Of a stretch of 64,000 bases of DNA, positions 24,201 through 34,590 are shown piece by piece (the stretch's first letter is position 1; the number at the start of each line of letters is the position of its first letter). The stretch covers positions 248,001-312,000 of the forward strand of contig QPMI01000542.1 in assembly GCA_004431415.1 (NCBI GenBank), written 5' to 3'. The stretch is from Cyanophora paradoxa CCMP329. Its lineage: Eukaryota > Plantae > Glaucophyta. The notes beneath the pieces were generated by a model that ran no database searches, was not told the DNA's origin, and saw only the letters and a program-made list of their open reading frames with translations. Both the position numbers and the translations under genes were made by a program.

Positions 24201-27200
24201 AGGATGTGGCGGGAGAGCTCCGCAAGCTCGCCCGCGCCCCCTGGCTCGCGGAGCAGGTCCGGATCCCCCGAATACTATAGCTATTCCCGCTCTTACATTC
24301 TCTCTGTAATTAGGAAAGCGCTCTTCGAATTCCAGCTTAATCTTCCAGCGCTCTTTGCTCTAGCTGACGCATATTATAATTAACGCAGCGGCGGGAGGCG
24401 CTCGCGCGGCTCGCGGAGCTGTGGCCGGTCGAGCAGGCCGCCGGCTGCATCGCCGTCGAGTTTATTCCTGGCCGCGGGTCGGTTGATTATAAACGTTACA
24501 CGTGATACCTTGCATTAAGCTCAAGCTTATAAATTGCCTTGCGGCAGCTACCTCCTGTTCTTGAGAAAGGCGACGCGGCGGGAGGTGCTTTGGGGCGGCG
24601 ACATTCGGGGCGAGGCCGAAGCGCTGCTCGGCTCCGAGCAGCCCCCCACTCGGTACGTACCCAGCTCCCGATCGATATATATATCGCGAGATTAAATATA
24701 CATATAGAGTCCGATTTGCAGCATTAAATTGGTTTTCGAGCGACTTATAATTACATGGCTGAATCGCACGCAGGGACCCGGTCGCCGTGTGGAAGGTGGC
24801 GTAACCCCGGGCCCAGTCCAAAAAGATTAAATAGTATCATCCCCCCCGGGCCCAGATCTGGTGGCATCGTCTTAAAGATAGCTTGGCATCGCACATATGC
24901 ATCAACTTGCAAGTGCGCTAAATTATAACGTTGACGTGTGCGTGTATATATGCGCATGCAGGAGCTGCAGGAGGACAAGTCTATGCCATTCCTGCACGAG
25001 GACGTCAACGTCGCAGGTCCATTGAGCCTTATAATTGACCTTATATTAAAGCAAAAGCGCGCGGGCATGAGCGCCGGCGTAATTAAATAAATATACATCT
25101 AATTATAATCTTCTAATTATAATCTTCCAAGCTGACGCGTCGCTTGCAATTGTCGCCATGGCAGCCGCGCTGGGCCGGGGCCTCGTCGACGCCATCCAGC
25201 TCGCCAACAGCGTCTACTCCCGCGGCCGCGCCATCGTCGAGGTGAGTGAGCTGCCCCGCGAACGAGCAGCGTTCACGGCCCGGGCTCATGACGCTTAGAA
25301 ACGCTAGCTTTAGATCTTAGAAGCTTTAAAGCTTAGAAGCTTTTAAAGCTTAGAAGCTTTAGAGCTCAGAAGCAGCGTCAGCGGCCCGGGGTGAGCGGCC
25401 CGGGCTCATGATCGATGCCAGCTGAGCGAACGGGAGCTCGTTCGGCTGGGCAACGCGAAGCTGAGGACCCTGGCGGGGGAGCTGCGCCGCGTCATCGAGA
25501 CCGTCCCGGTGAGGAATACATATATATATAATCAGCCGCTTAGAAGCTTAGGGCTTATATATTAGAAGAGCTTGCATATATAATCAGCCGCTTAGAGGAC
25601 CGTCCCGGTGAGAGGAGAGGCAGCCGGTCTCGCGATCGCGGCCATGGCCAGTGTGGTCGCGCTGGAGGGCTGACGCGCGCTGGCTTGCAGGTACCCGTGG
25701 CGAGCGTGGACGACTCCATGTCTATCGAGGGTGCCCGGCCTGCGACATCGATATCGATCTGCACCTTTAGTATCGTCAACGATCCTGATCACATTCGCAT
25801 GCATTGCCAGATTGGAACGACGCCTGCGCCGACTTCTTCGGGTCCGCACGCCACGCCACGCCTTGCGCTCTAGATCTGCCCGCTCGCTTGCAGTTGCTTA
25901 AGCTTCGAATCCGCTTGCAATCGCACCGTGCAGCCTTTCTCGGGACGAGGTGCTCGGCAAGCCCTTCGCGGAGACGTGCTTCGGGCCCTCCCAGCGCGCC
26001 ACCGGTCCGCATTGAAATTGAAACGCGCCCTATAGCTGGCTAGCTATCCACCGCGCGCTCCGGATCCCTACCCTCTAGCTGGGCCACCTAACCGGCCACG
26101 CCGCAATTGCAGTTCAGAAGCTGCTGGTCAGCGCCCTGTCCGGCATACAGACGCGCGACGATGCGGTGCGCGCTCATAAAATTATCTGTTGTTAATTGAA
26201 GGCTGCCCTTTGTCGTGTCTATCATAAGAATAATAATATTAATCCGACGCTGGCCAGATTCGAGATCCATCTCTTGGCCGCGAGCTGAGCAAACGCTGCC
26301 CGATCTCAACTAAACTCCGCGCTGAGGTGAAACGCCGCTTGGAATTTATCCTTGCAAGCCCGCGGCGTCTGTGCACTTGGTAATCCGAGGCGCCGGCGCC
26401 CGGTGTCGATGTCTCAGTTGGCGGTGCGGCGGCCCGGTGCCGACAAAGACTCTGTCGTCTGCATCTATGCGGTTCCGGTGGGTTATGCAATTAATAATTG
26501 TAATAGATCCACAGATATCCCTTCCCTAGCCCTGCTTCGCTGCGCGCCACTCCGCTGTACTTGTGCGATGTCGTGACTTCATTTTTCCCCTTGCCAGCGC
26601 TTCGATCCTGCCGTCAGCGGCATCTCTGGGGCGATCGCGATGCTAATCGGTGAAGGCAAGCATGTCTATCAATCGATAATAAAGCTTTTCGGGTTTCATT
26701 GTGTTCGTTTCTGATGGAATCGCCCGGCCCCATCTCCCCACAGACATCGACGCGCTCGATCATGACGGAAACGGAAGCGAGAACGGCAACGGAGAGACCC
26801 GCCCGGTACGTATACGAGCGTGTGTCCAAGCTTGCCCTGCAGCTGGTCTTCCGGCAGCAAACGAAAGCGCGCGCTTCGGCTATACAATTCCTTGCGGTTA
26901 TGATGAAATATTGCATCGCCTTTCGCAGTCAAAAACACCGTTTACCAATGTGGCTGCTTCCGTCTTTCTCGCAACCGTCTCCCACGGTGCGCGCACGCGC
27001 GCGGGTCGGTAGGCCCTGTAGCTAGCGCTGACGCTCATACTGCTTCGAACGCTGCAGAAGTGCGAACGGTGCGTACCTTTGCGGCTTCGAAATTCTCGGG
27101 AAATTGAAATCGCTTCCATTTTCTCTGCGGCTAACGTTGCTTTCTTTCGATGCGTGGCCGCTCTGTCTGCGCGCGTCATGCAGCCCCTCAACGGTAAGCC

Positions 27201-30200
27201 CTAGGCCTCCGGATACCAAGGCCACACCCGTCCTCCGACTCGATTCACTAATTATATTACCGCCCTTGCAGGACTGCTTGGGATGCTCCAGCTCTGCATG
27301 TGCGCCCGCCCTCCGACTCCCGCGCGTCCGCTCTCTAATTGCACAACCGACGTTTTAGGGACGCGCCCCTGCCGGAGGAGACGGCCAACTTCCTGAGGAA
27401 GGCATACACCTCGGGTGCGCGCGGCGCTCGTGATCAATTCCTTCGGTCCCTTTGCCCCGGTTGACGTCTTGCGGTTTACTTAATTTCACGCATGGGAATT
27501 CAGCGGAGTACCTGCAGATCCTGATGGGCGACATCCTCGACATCTCCCTCATGGAGGCCCGCAAGCTCGTGTGCGCGCGCGGCTTCTCTCTCTCTCTCTT
27601 CCCTCTCCCGGAAACTGCTACTGAAACTTTAATTTCGCCAGACTGAAGCCGACGCGGGTCGTCATACGGGAGCTCTTCGACTGCTGCGCCGCGCTCGTCG
27701 CTCCCAAGGTGCGTTACATATTTTTAGTATTTAAGTTTATGCAGCGGCTGCGCGCGGCTGTTAACGTTGCCGCCCTCGCGATCGCCTTTGGTCCCGACCG
27801 CTTCTCTATAGCTAGTTCTCACCTCCGGTCCCGGCCCGCCTCTCAGGCCGACGAGAAGGGAGGCTCGCTGACCATCGAAGTCGACGCCGGAGTGCCCCGC
27901 GAGATGGAGGGCGACGCGAACAGGCTCCGGCAGGCGCGCGCGCGCCTTCATTTGACAGAATAATCGATCTAAGAACCGCCTTGCAGGTTATCATCAACTT
28001 TCTGTCCAACGGGATCAAATACTCCAAGGTGCTTTTAATGCACTCTGTGTCTTGCAATTACATCCAAGAAATAAAAGCACTAAGTCACTTGCGGTCCGCT
28101 GATCAAGCTGCACACGTTCGAATTTGATCCGCAGCGCGGAAATGTTCGCCTCCGCGCGCTGCGCATTCCGCCCGGCGCCGAGGTGCTGCAGCGTCGACTT
28201 TGCCGGCGGTCGATCGTATTAATGTCGCCTCGCCCGCGGCCGGCGCACGCACGCGCAGGCCCCTGCACGGCTAGCCGGGCCCGCGAGGCCGGCGCCGCGG
28301 ATCGAGCACGCCGCACCGGGGCGGGATATGGTGCACGACCAGCTTTTCGTGGAGGTGCTCCGTGGCCGCGGCGGATCCGCCGAGCGACTGATACTGATCG
28401 GCGCGCCCACAGGTTCAGGACGACGGTATCGGGATCGCCGAGACCGACTTCGGGCGCTTGTTCCACCTGTTCAGGCGCGCCTCGGCTCCCTGACTACACT
28501 CGCGCGCTGCAGGTATTGCACGGCCGAGTCGGTCTGACAGGGGCCGCGGCGCGTGCGTGTGCACAGTCGCGTGTTCAAACCGGAGCGCCGGGCGCGGCAA
28601 GCGCACCTGGGCCTGGGCGGGCTCGAGGCTGGAACGGACCGCGGCTGCCTCGAAACCGACCCCGGGGGGTCGGGTCTCGGCCTCGCCGTGTGCCGCGTGC
28701 GCTCCAGCTCGCACCCCATCGTCGACGTCGGGATTAACGCGCCAGCGACGCGGCGCGCGCAGGAGCTCGTCGAGCTCATGCGCGGCGTCATCGGCTGCGC
28801 GTCGGTGCTTAATCTGGACATGCTGCATTTACATCTAACGTCTCTTCAAGAATTGATTCGTACGTGTCCGTGTACAGGCGCCAGGGATTGGCAGCGCCTT
28901 CTACTTTTGCGTACCTCTGCTGCCTCCGGAGCCCGCCGAGCCCGAGGTTCTCGCCGACCCGGCCCGGCCTCCGCTCCAATTCTGACCGTAAACGAACCCT
29001 CTCTTCCAGGCGCCGACGCCGCCCCCGTCTCCCGCGCGGGCGCCGAACCCGGCGGCTCCGTCACCCGCCCCGGCGGCCCCATTCGTGCGTTCAGGCATCG
29101 CTCTTTTCGCTGCAGTACATTTTTTTGTATTATCGCAAATATCTACCCGCCGGACAAGAGCTGCATTACATTTTCTTGTATTATCGAAAATATCTACGCG
29201 CGCAGGAGCGGCCCCCGTTCGTGCTGCTTGTTGAGGGTGCGCCTTTGTATTGTCGAGTCCGGGTTGAATTCAATGCTCAATTGCGAGCTCGGAATTATAT
29301 ATACATCAATTTTCAGCTCAGCTGCGAAGGCGAATTGAAGCGAAGTATAAAGAGAATGATAACATTCGAGCTGGGCCGCGCCGGGATGCGCTGCGCATGC
29401 GGTTTCAGCGGTCAATTAATTAACGGCCCCACAGACAACCCCTTCAACCGCGAGGTGGCTCGGATAATGCTCGCCAAGAGCGGCTGCGAGGTCGAGACGG
29501 TGCGCAAATCAAGGATTGAAGCTTAAGATGTATGGCACTGAGCTGGGACAATTTTATATCGACTTTCGCAGGCGGAGGACGGGCTGCAGGCGGTGGAGGC
29601 GTTCGCGGCGCGGCAGGAGGCGGGGCGGCCTCCGTACGACTGCATTCTCATGGACTGCGAGGTGCACGCGCGCGCCACATTAGTATTCTCCTCTGCGGCC
29701 TCGAGCTCGTTTCGCTGCGCTGCGCTGACCCGCGCGCACATCGCAGATGCCTGTGCTAGATGGGCGAGCAAATTAATTCGAGATTCGTCCGTGTTCCCGC
29801 TCCGGCCTCACAGTGGCGCAGGCTCGGAGCCACGCGGGAGATACGGCAGATCGAGGGGACCTCCCCCGCGCCGGCGCGGGCCGTCCCCATCGTGGCCCTG
29901 GTTCGACGCCGCGTTTTCGTGACTCTTATCTCTCGCGACCGCTCTCTGAACTTTGGCTCTCGCCGCTGAACGCGCAGACCGCCCACGGTACCCCACCGCG
30001 CCGCTGCGCCGCGCCCTGGGCTTTGAGCTCCTCACCTCGAATATCGCCTTCAAAATCCGTTTCCTCAGATTAGAACAGGGCTAAATTTAAACTAAACTGA
30101 CAGCAAGTTTGGATTCGCGTGCACCTTTCTGAGATTGTATACTCCGCGCCGGACGCAGAGCTGGACGAGAAGCGCGAGGCGTGCCTCGCGGCCGGCATGA

Positions 30201-30354
30201 CCGACTTCGTGCGCCCCCGAGCTCGAGCTCCCCTTCCGTCTCCGTTCCCTCCCTAACTCTCGCCGGGCCGGGGCCGGGGGTGCAGGTGACGAAGCCGGTG
30301 ACGAAGGCGAAGCTCCTCGCCGCCGTCCTCCGCGCCGCGAGGGCCCAGGCCTAG
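21254..30354 (+). CDS. Phytochrome hybrid histidine kinase 1 (PAS-GAF-PHY-PAS-HisKA-HATPase-REC), highly intron-rich
   Basis: PAS YVNAVQGFAALVAVDAELRVVHASANC. GAF GLRYPAWDIPPAARRFF...DSRRASPCHLQYMLNMG. PHY LWGG. PAS DWNDACADFFG. H-box FLATVSHEVRTPLNG, N-box NFLSNGIKY, DDGIGI, GGSGLGLAVC. REC VEDN...LMDCEMPVLDG...ALTAH...TKP. TAG at 30352-30354. Confidence 0.92.
22871..22971 (+). other. U12-type (minor spliceosome) AT-AC intron in phytochrome 1
   Basis: Starts ATATCCTT, has branch-like GTCTTGAC about 10 nt from the end, and ends CCCAC. Removal joins TGC CAC C|TG CAG TAC ATG, giving C-H-L-Q-Y-M. Confidence 0.9.
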
Positions 30355-30594
30355 GGACGCCCTCGCCGGGCCGGGCCGGGGCCGGCGCCAGTCGGCGGGC
30401 CGTCGCCAGTTTCTATATGCTTATATATGAACTTGAAGAGCTTGAGCTTGAGCTCAGCGGCCATCTCAAGATCAAATGATACTGGGGCTGATGCCATGAT
30501 GCTGGGCTGCTAGATCGCTAGCAGTGCACGTGCAGTATGGCCCCAGTGGGGCGCAAGCGTAAAATAATTAATGGCATTCTGAATAGGTTTTTAA

Positions 30595-32268
30595 GGGGGG
30601 GGGGGGGGGGCAACGTTTTTGAGACAGTACTCGTCCCGGCTGCGCGCTATTTCTACCCATATGCACCCCAATAAGCGAATGTAGGTCTAGAGATACGTGA
30701 ACAAGAATCCGACAAGATTGGTATAGTTCAAGAGCGACGGCTGGCCGGATATGTACAAGGACGAGGAACGGACACAAGCAATCATCAGGACTTCAAGCGC
30801 TTTGCGTTCTCTAGATGTAGAGAGATGAAAAGTGCCGACCCATGAGCTACTTGTACGAGATCGTCACGCGGAGGAGGGCGCCTTGCAGTGCGCTGCGCAT
30901 GTCGGCATCGAGGGCCGAGGCGGCCTCGCGCTTGAGCACGAGGCAGCGGAGGCGGCAAAGGGAGGAGACGGCAACGAGCCCGCCCGCCGAGCTGAGGGGC
31001 AGCGGCGAATAGACAGTGAGCTCCCGGAGGGAGGGGACGTCGGACGCCAGCCGCTGCGGCAGCAGAGGAACGCCGCGACTACGAGTGAGCCTTCAACACG
31101 AAACCAAGATCTAGAGTCGCAAAAACAAATTAAACCGACTGGCCATGGGGGGGGGGGGGGGGGGGGGGGGCAACGTTTTTGAGACAGTACTCGTCCCGGC
31201 TGCGCGCTATTTCTACCCATATGCACCCCAATAAGCGAATGTAGGTCTAGAGATACGTGAACAAGAATCCGACAAGATTGGTATAGTTCAAGAGCGACGG
31301 CTGGCCGGATATGTACAAGGACGAGGAACGGACACAAGCAATCATCAGGACTTCAAGCGCTTTGCGTTCTCTAGATGTAGAGAGATGAAAAGTGCCGACC
31401 CATGAGCTACTTGTACGAGATCGTCACGCGGAGGAGGGCGCCTTGCAGTGCGCTGCGCATGTCGGCATCGAGGGCCGAGGCGGCCTCGCGCTTGAGCACG
31501 AGGCAGCGGAGGCGGCAAAGGGAGGAGACGGCAACGAGCCCGCCCGCCGAGCTGAGGGGCAGCGGCGAATAGACAGTGAGCTCCCGGAGGGAGGGGACGT
31601 CGGACGCCAGCCGCTGCGGCAGCAGAGGAACGCCGCGACTACGAGTGAGCCTTCAACACGAAACCAAGATCTAGAGTCGCAAAAACAAATTAAACCGACT
31701 GGCCATGGGGGGGGGGGGGGGGGGGGGGGGCAACGTTTTTGAGACAGTACTCGTCCCGGCTGCGCGCTATTTCTACCCATATGCACCCCAATAAGCGAAT
31801 GTAGGTCTAGAGATACGTGAACAAGAATCCGACAAGATTGGTATAGTTCAAGAGCGACGGCTGGCCGGATATGTACAAGGACGAGGAACGGACACAAGCA
31901 ATCATCAGGACTTCAAGCGCTTTGCGTTCTCTAGATGTAGAGAGATGAAAAGTGCCGACCCATGAGCTACTTGTACGAGATCGTCACGCGGAGGAGGGCG
32001 CCTTGCAGTGCGCTGCGCATGTCGGCATCGAGGGCCGAGGCGGCCTCGCGCTTGAGCACGAGGCAGCGGAGGCGGCAAAGGGAGGAGACGGCAACGAGCC
32101 CGCCCGCCGAGCTGAGGGGCAGCGGCGAATAGACAGTGAGCTCCCGGAGGGAGGGGACGTCGGACGCCAGCCGCTGCGGCAGCAGAGGAACGCCGCGACT
32201 ACGAGTGAGCCTTCAACACGAAACCAAGATCTAGAGTCGCAAAAACAAATTAAACCGACTGGCCATGG
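30595..32268. repeat. Three tandem 560-bp copies, each beginning with a poly-G run and containing the last exon and 3' flank of F-box paralog 2
   Basis: CAACGTTTTTGAGACAG starts at 30611, 31171 and 31731, preceded by G16, G24 and G24. The copies look identical by eye. Confidence 0.92.
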
Positions 32269-34224
32269 CTGACCTTCAGGAAAGCACCCGGAATTTCGGA
32301 ATGGTTCTCCTTGCATTCAATGGCCAGCTCTTTGAGACCCGTCCACTGCTTCATTGATTCCCTTGCGAAAGCCGCGAAGGTCGTTGCCGACAATCTGAGT
32401 TCTAGATTCTGCAATTCGGTTCGGATCCTAGTTACGGGATGCGGGCCATCATTTGGCAGCATATGCAGCATAATTAAATTTAAATACTAGTAATCATGGA
32501 AGGGTGAAGCTTACTCTCAGCTCAACCAGCTTGGAGGCGGTTGCAGCGAACGATGCGGAGGCAGCTTCGTCCAGACCACTGTGCACAAGGATGGCACTTT
32601 GTAGGCTGCCAGCAATGGAAAGAAGCGACGAAATGTCCGTTGGGCCCTTAAGCTTCATGTCCAGGCGGATGTACTCCAGCTGTCGCATGCCGCCGACGAA
32701 GACAATGTTCATATGCCACAAAACAACAGAATATGCTGCCGATGGGCGAGACGGTGGTGAGTTGCTTTTCTACTGAGTTGGCATTTGTAGTTATTCACCG
32801 CGCAGAGAGGAGAGGCCGGAGAGCGGCTGCAGGTCCGCTTCGGAAGCGCTTGGCCATATTCTCAACCCGACCTTGTTGTAGAATTCTAAGGAAACTTAAG
32901 TTGGCTACCAAAAAAGGCAACAATCGGAACTTGTTCAAAGCACACCCACTGTAAGCTGCTCAAGCAGCCGGAAAGCGGCGATCGACGAAAAGATGGGAAG
33001 CAAAGGGCCATAATAATTGCCGATGACGCCACACTTCAGCCGCTTGAGCGTGTGGGCCAGTGGTGCGAGGACTTGCAGAGTTTCGAGGGTCATCGGCAGG
33101 CTGCGTGGCAGATGGTGACGTCGACACGAAGCCGAATCCAAAATAAATGAATTTTAAACGCCGCACAAGGCGAGTTCCAAAGCCCGCAGTGGAAGGGAAG
33201 CCAACGCCTGGAGGGCCCCCTGGACGATCGGTCCCGCTGCCATGTTGATGTTCTCCTGCAGCCAGTCCGACGATACTCCCCAAATGTACAACTGAATTTC
33301 CGACAAACATCAGATGCAGCTGATGTTGGGAATAAAGGGAGATCGAAGGCATTAAATAATCGCTACCTGCTGGAGTCGCGAGAAGTGCTGAACTGCTGGC
33401 AGCACGGCTCTGGCGATGGTGCTTTTGAATACAATGACCAACTTCGTAAGCTGCTCGCCGACTGATTTGCTAAGCTTGATGAAAGAGCCGTCGTTGAGAT
33501 CGCCGTTCGCCAGAACAAGAGAGCCCAGGGCTTCCCGGCGCTTGTTCGGCTGATCAAGAAGCGCATCGATGAATCTGTCGCTGGCTGGTTGGACTTGCAT
33601 GCGCTGCCAAAGGCTGGGCTGCTGGGCGAGGCTGCGGAAGCGGCGGGAGACGTGGCTCAGCCGCACGAGCTTGTCGAGAATTTGATCGGTGCAACGACGG
33701 GAGCCGGAGTACTCTTGGATTGACCCAGTCTTTAGGTAGCTCCACTCCGACGCCTTGCCGATGATGCGCGTGACGAGGTCGTCGGGCAGCGCGTCGAATG
33801 GGCTGCCGCCGGCCGCCATCGCCGCCGCCACGCGCGAGAGCGCCGCCGCGGAGCTCGAAGCTGCGGACGATCGCGAATAAGCGCGATGCTATCGCAGGCT
33901 ATATATATACCTAGGCAGCGGCGGCCGCGCCAGATATTGACGCAATGCGCACCGGTACCCTGTTCATGATCAACTGCATATGTGTGTATATGGCCACCCT
34001 GATCATGGCCAGCTGAAGCTGCAGCCGCGACCGCGCTCGACGACGATGCTCCCGCAGAGAAGGTGCCAGATCCTTTCGACGTGCACGTGAGCAGCAAAGG
34101 AGGGCTCAGAGAAACGCGCGCGGGCGCGCGCCGCGCGGGCGCGCGCGGCTCGAGGTGGCTGACCTGCCGGCGGCAAATCTCCCGCCCTCGCGCGCTTCGC
34201 CGCCCGCTCGCGCGCCAGATGCAT
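31967..34224 (-). CDS. F-box/LRR-repeat protein (multi-exon), paralog 2
   Basis: MHLARERAAKRARAGDLPPA, then SPFDALPDDLVTRII...LVRLSHVSRRFRSLAQQPSLW, colinear with 1598-3577. Ends LLRVTISYK-TAG. Confidence 0.85.
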
Positions 34225-34590
34225 CTGCCCCGAGAGCACTTCAGTACCGCCTGCGATCACAAACCGGCGCCGGGCGGGGCGCACCGGGCGTCACAAGCCG
34301 CAACTCGATGATCCCGCGAGAAAAGTATTTAAAAGTAAATCAAGAGGGCATGAAGAGGAAAATGAGACGGGAACGGAAATTTAAGATCGAGAGGCGAATT
34401 CGAATTCTAGAGCTCTAGGCTCGAAGAGGACGATCGCGTGAGAGGAAACTCGACGATCGCGCGAGAGGAAAATATAATAAGGAGCTCGAGAACATGAAGA
34501 GAACATGAAGAGCTCGAGGAGCTCGCGAGCGGGGTTCGAAGATCTAGAGGGGTTCGAATTGAAGGGCGCTGTGGCAGGTGCAGGCGCAGG

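Noticed and set aside
26515-26525. ATATCCCTT as another U12 donor
   Set aside because: It lies inside a GT-AG intron whose removal (AVP|RFDPA) matches the paralog 2 exon structure, and there is no matching AC acceptor requirement.
30591-30612. TTAA plus G-run as a piggyBac or Kolobok terminus
   Set aside because: No matching inverted end or second TTAA TSD was found.
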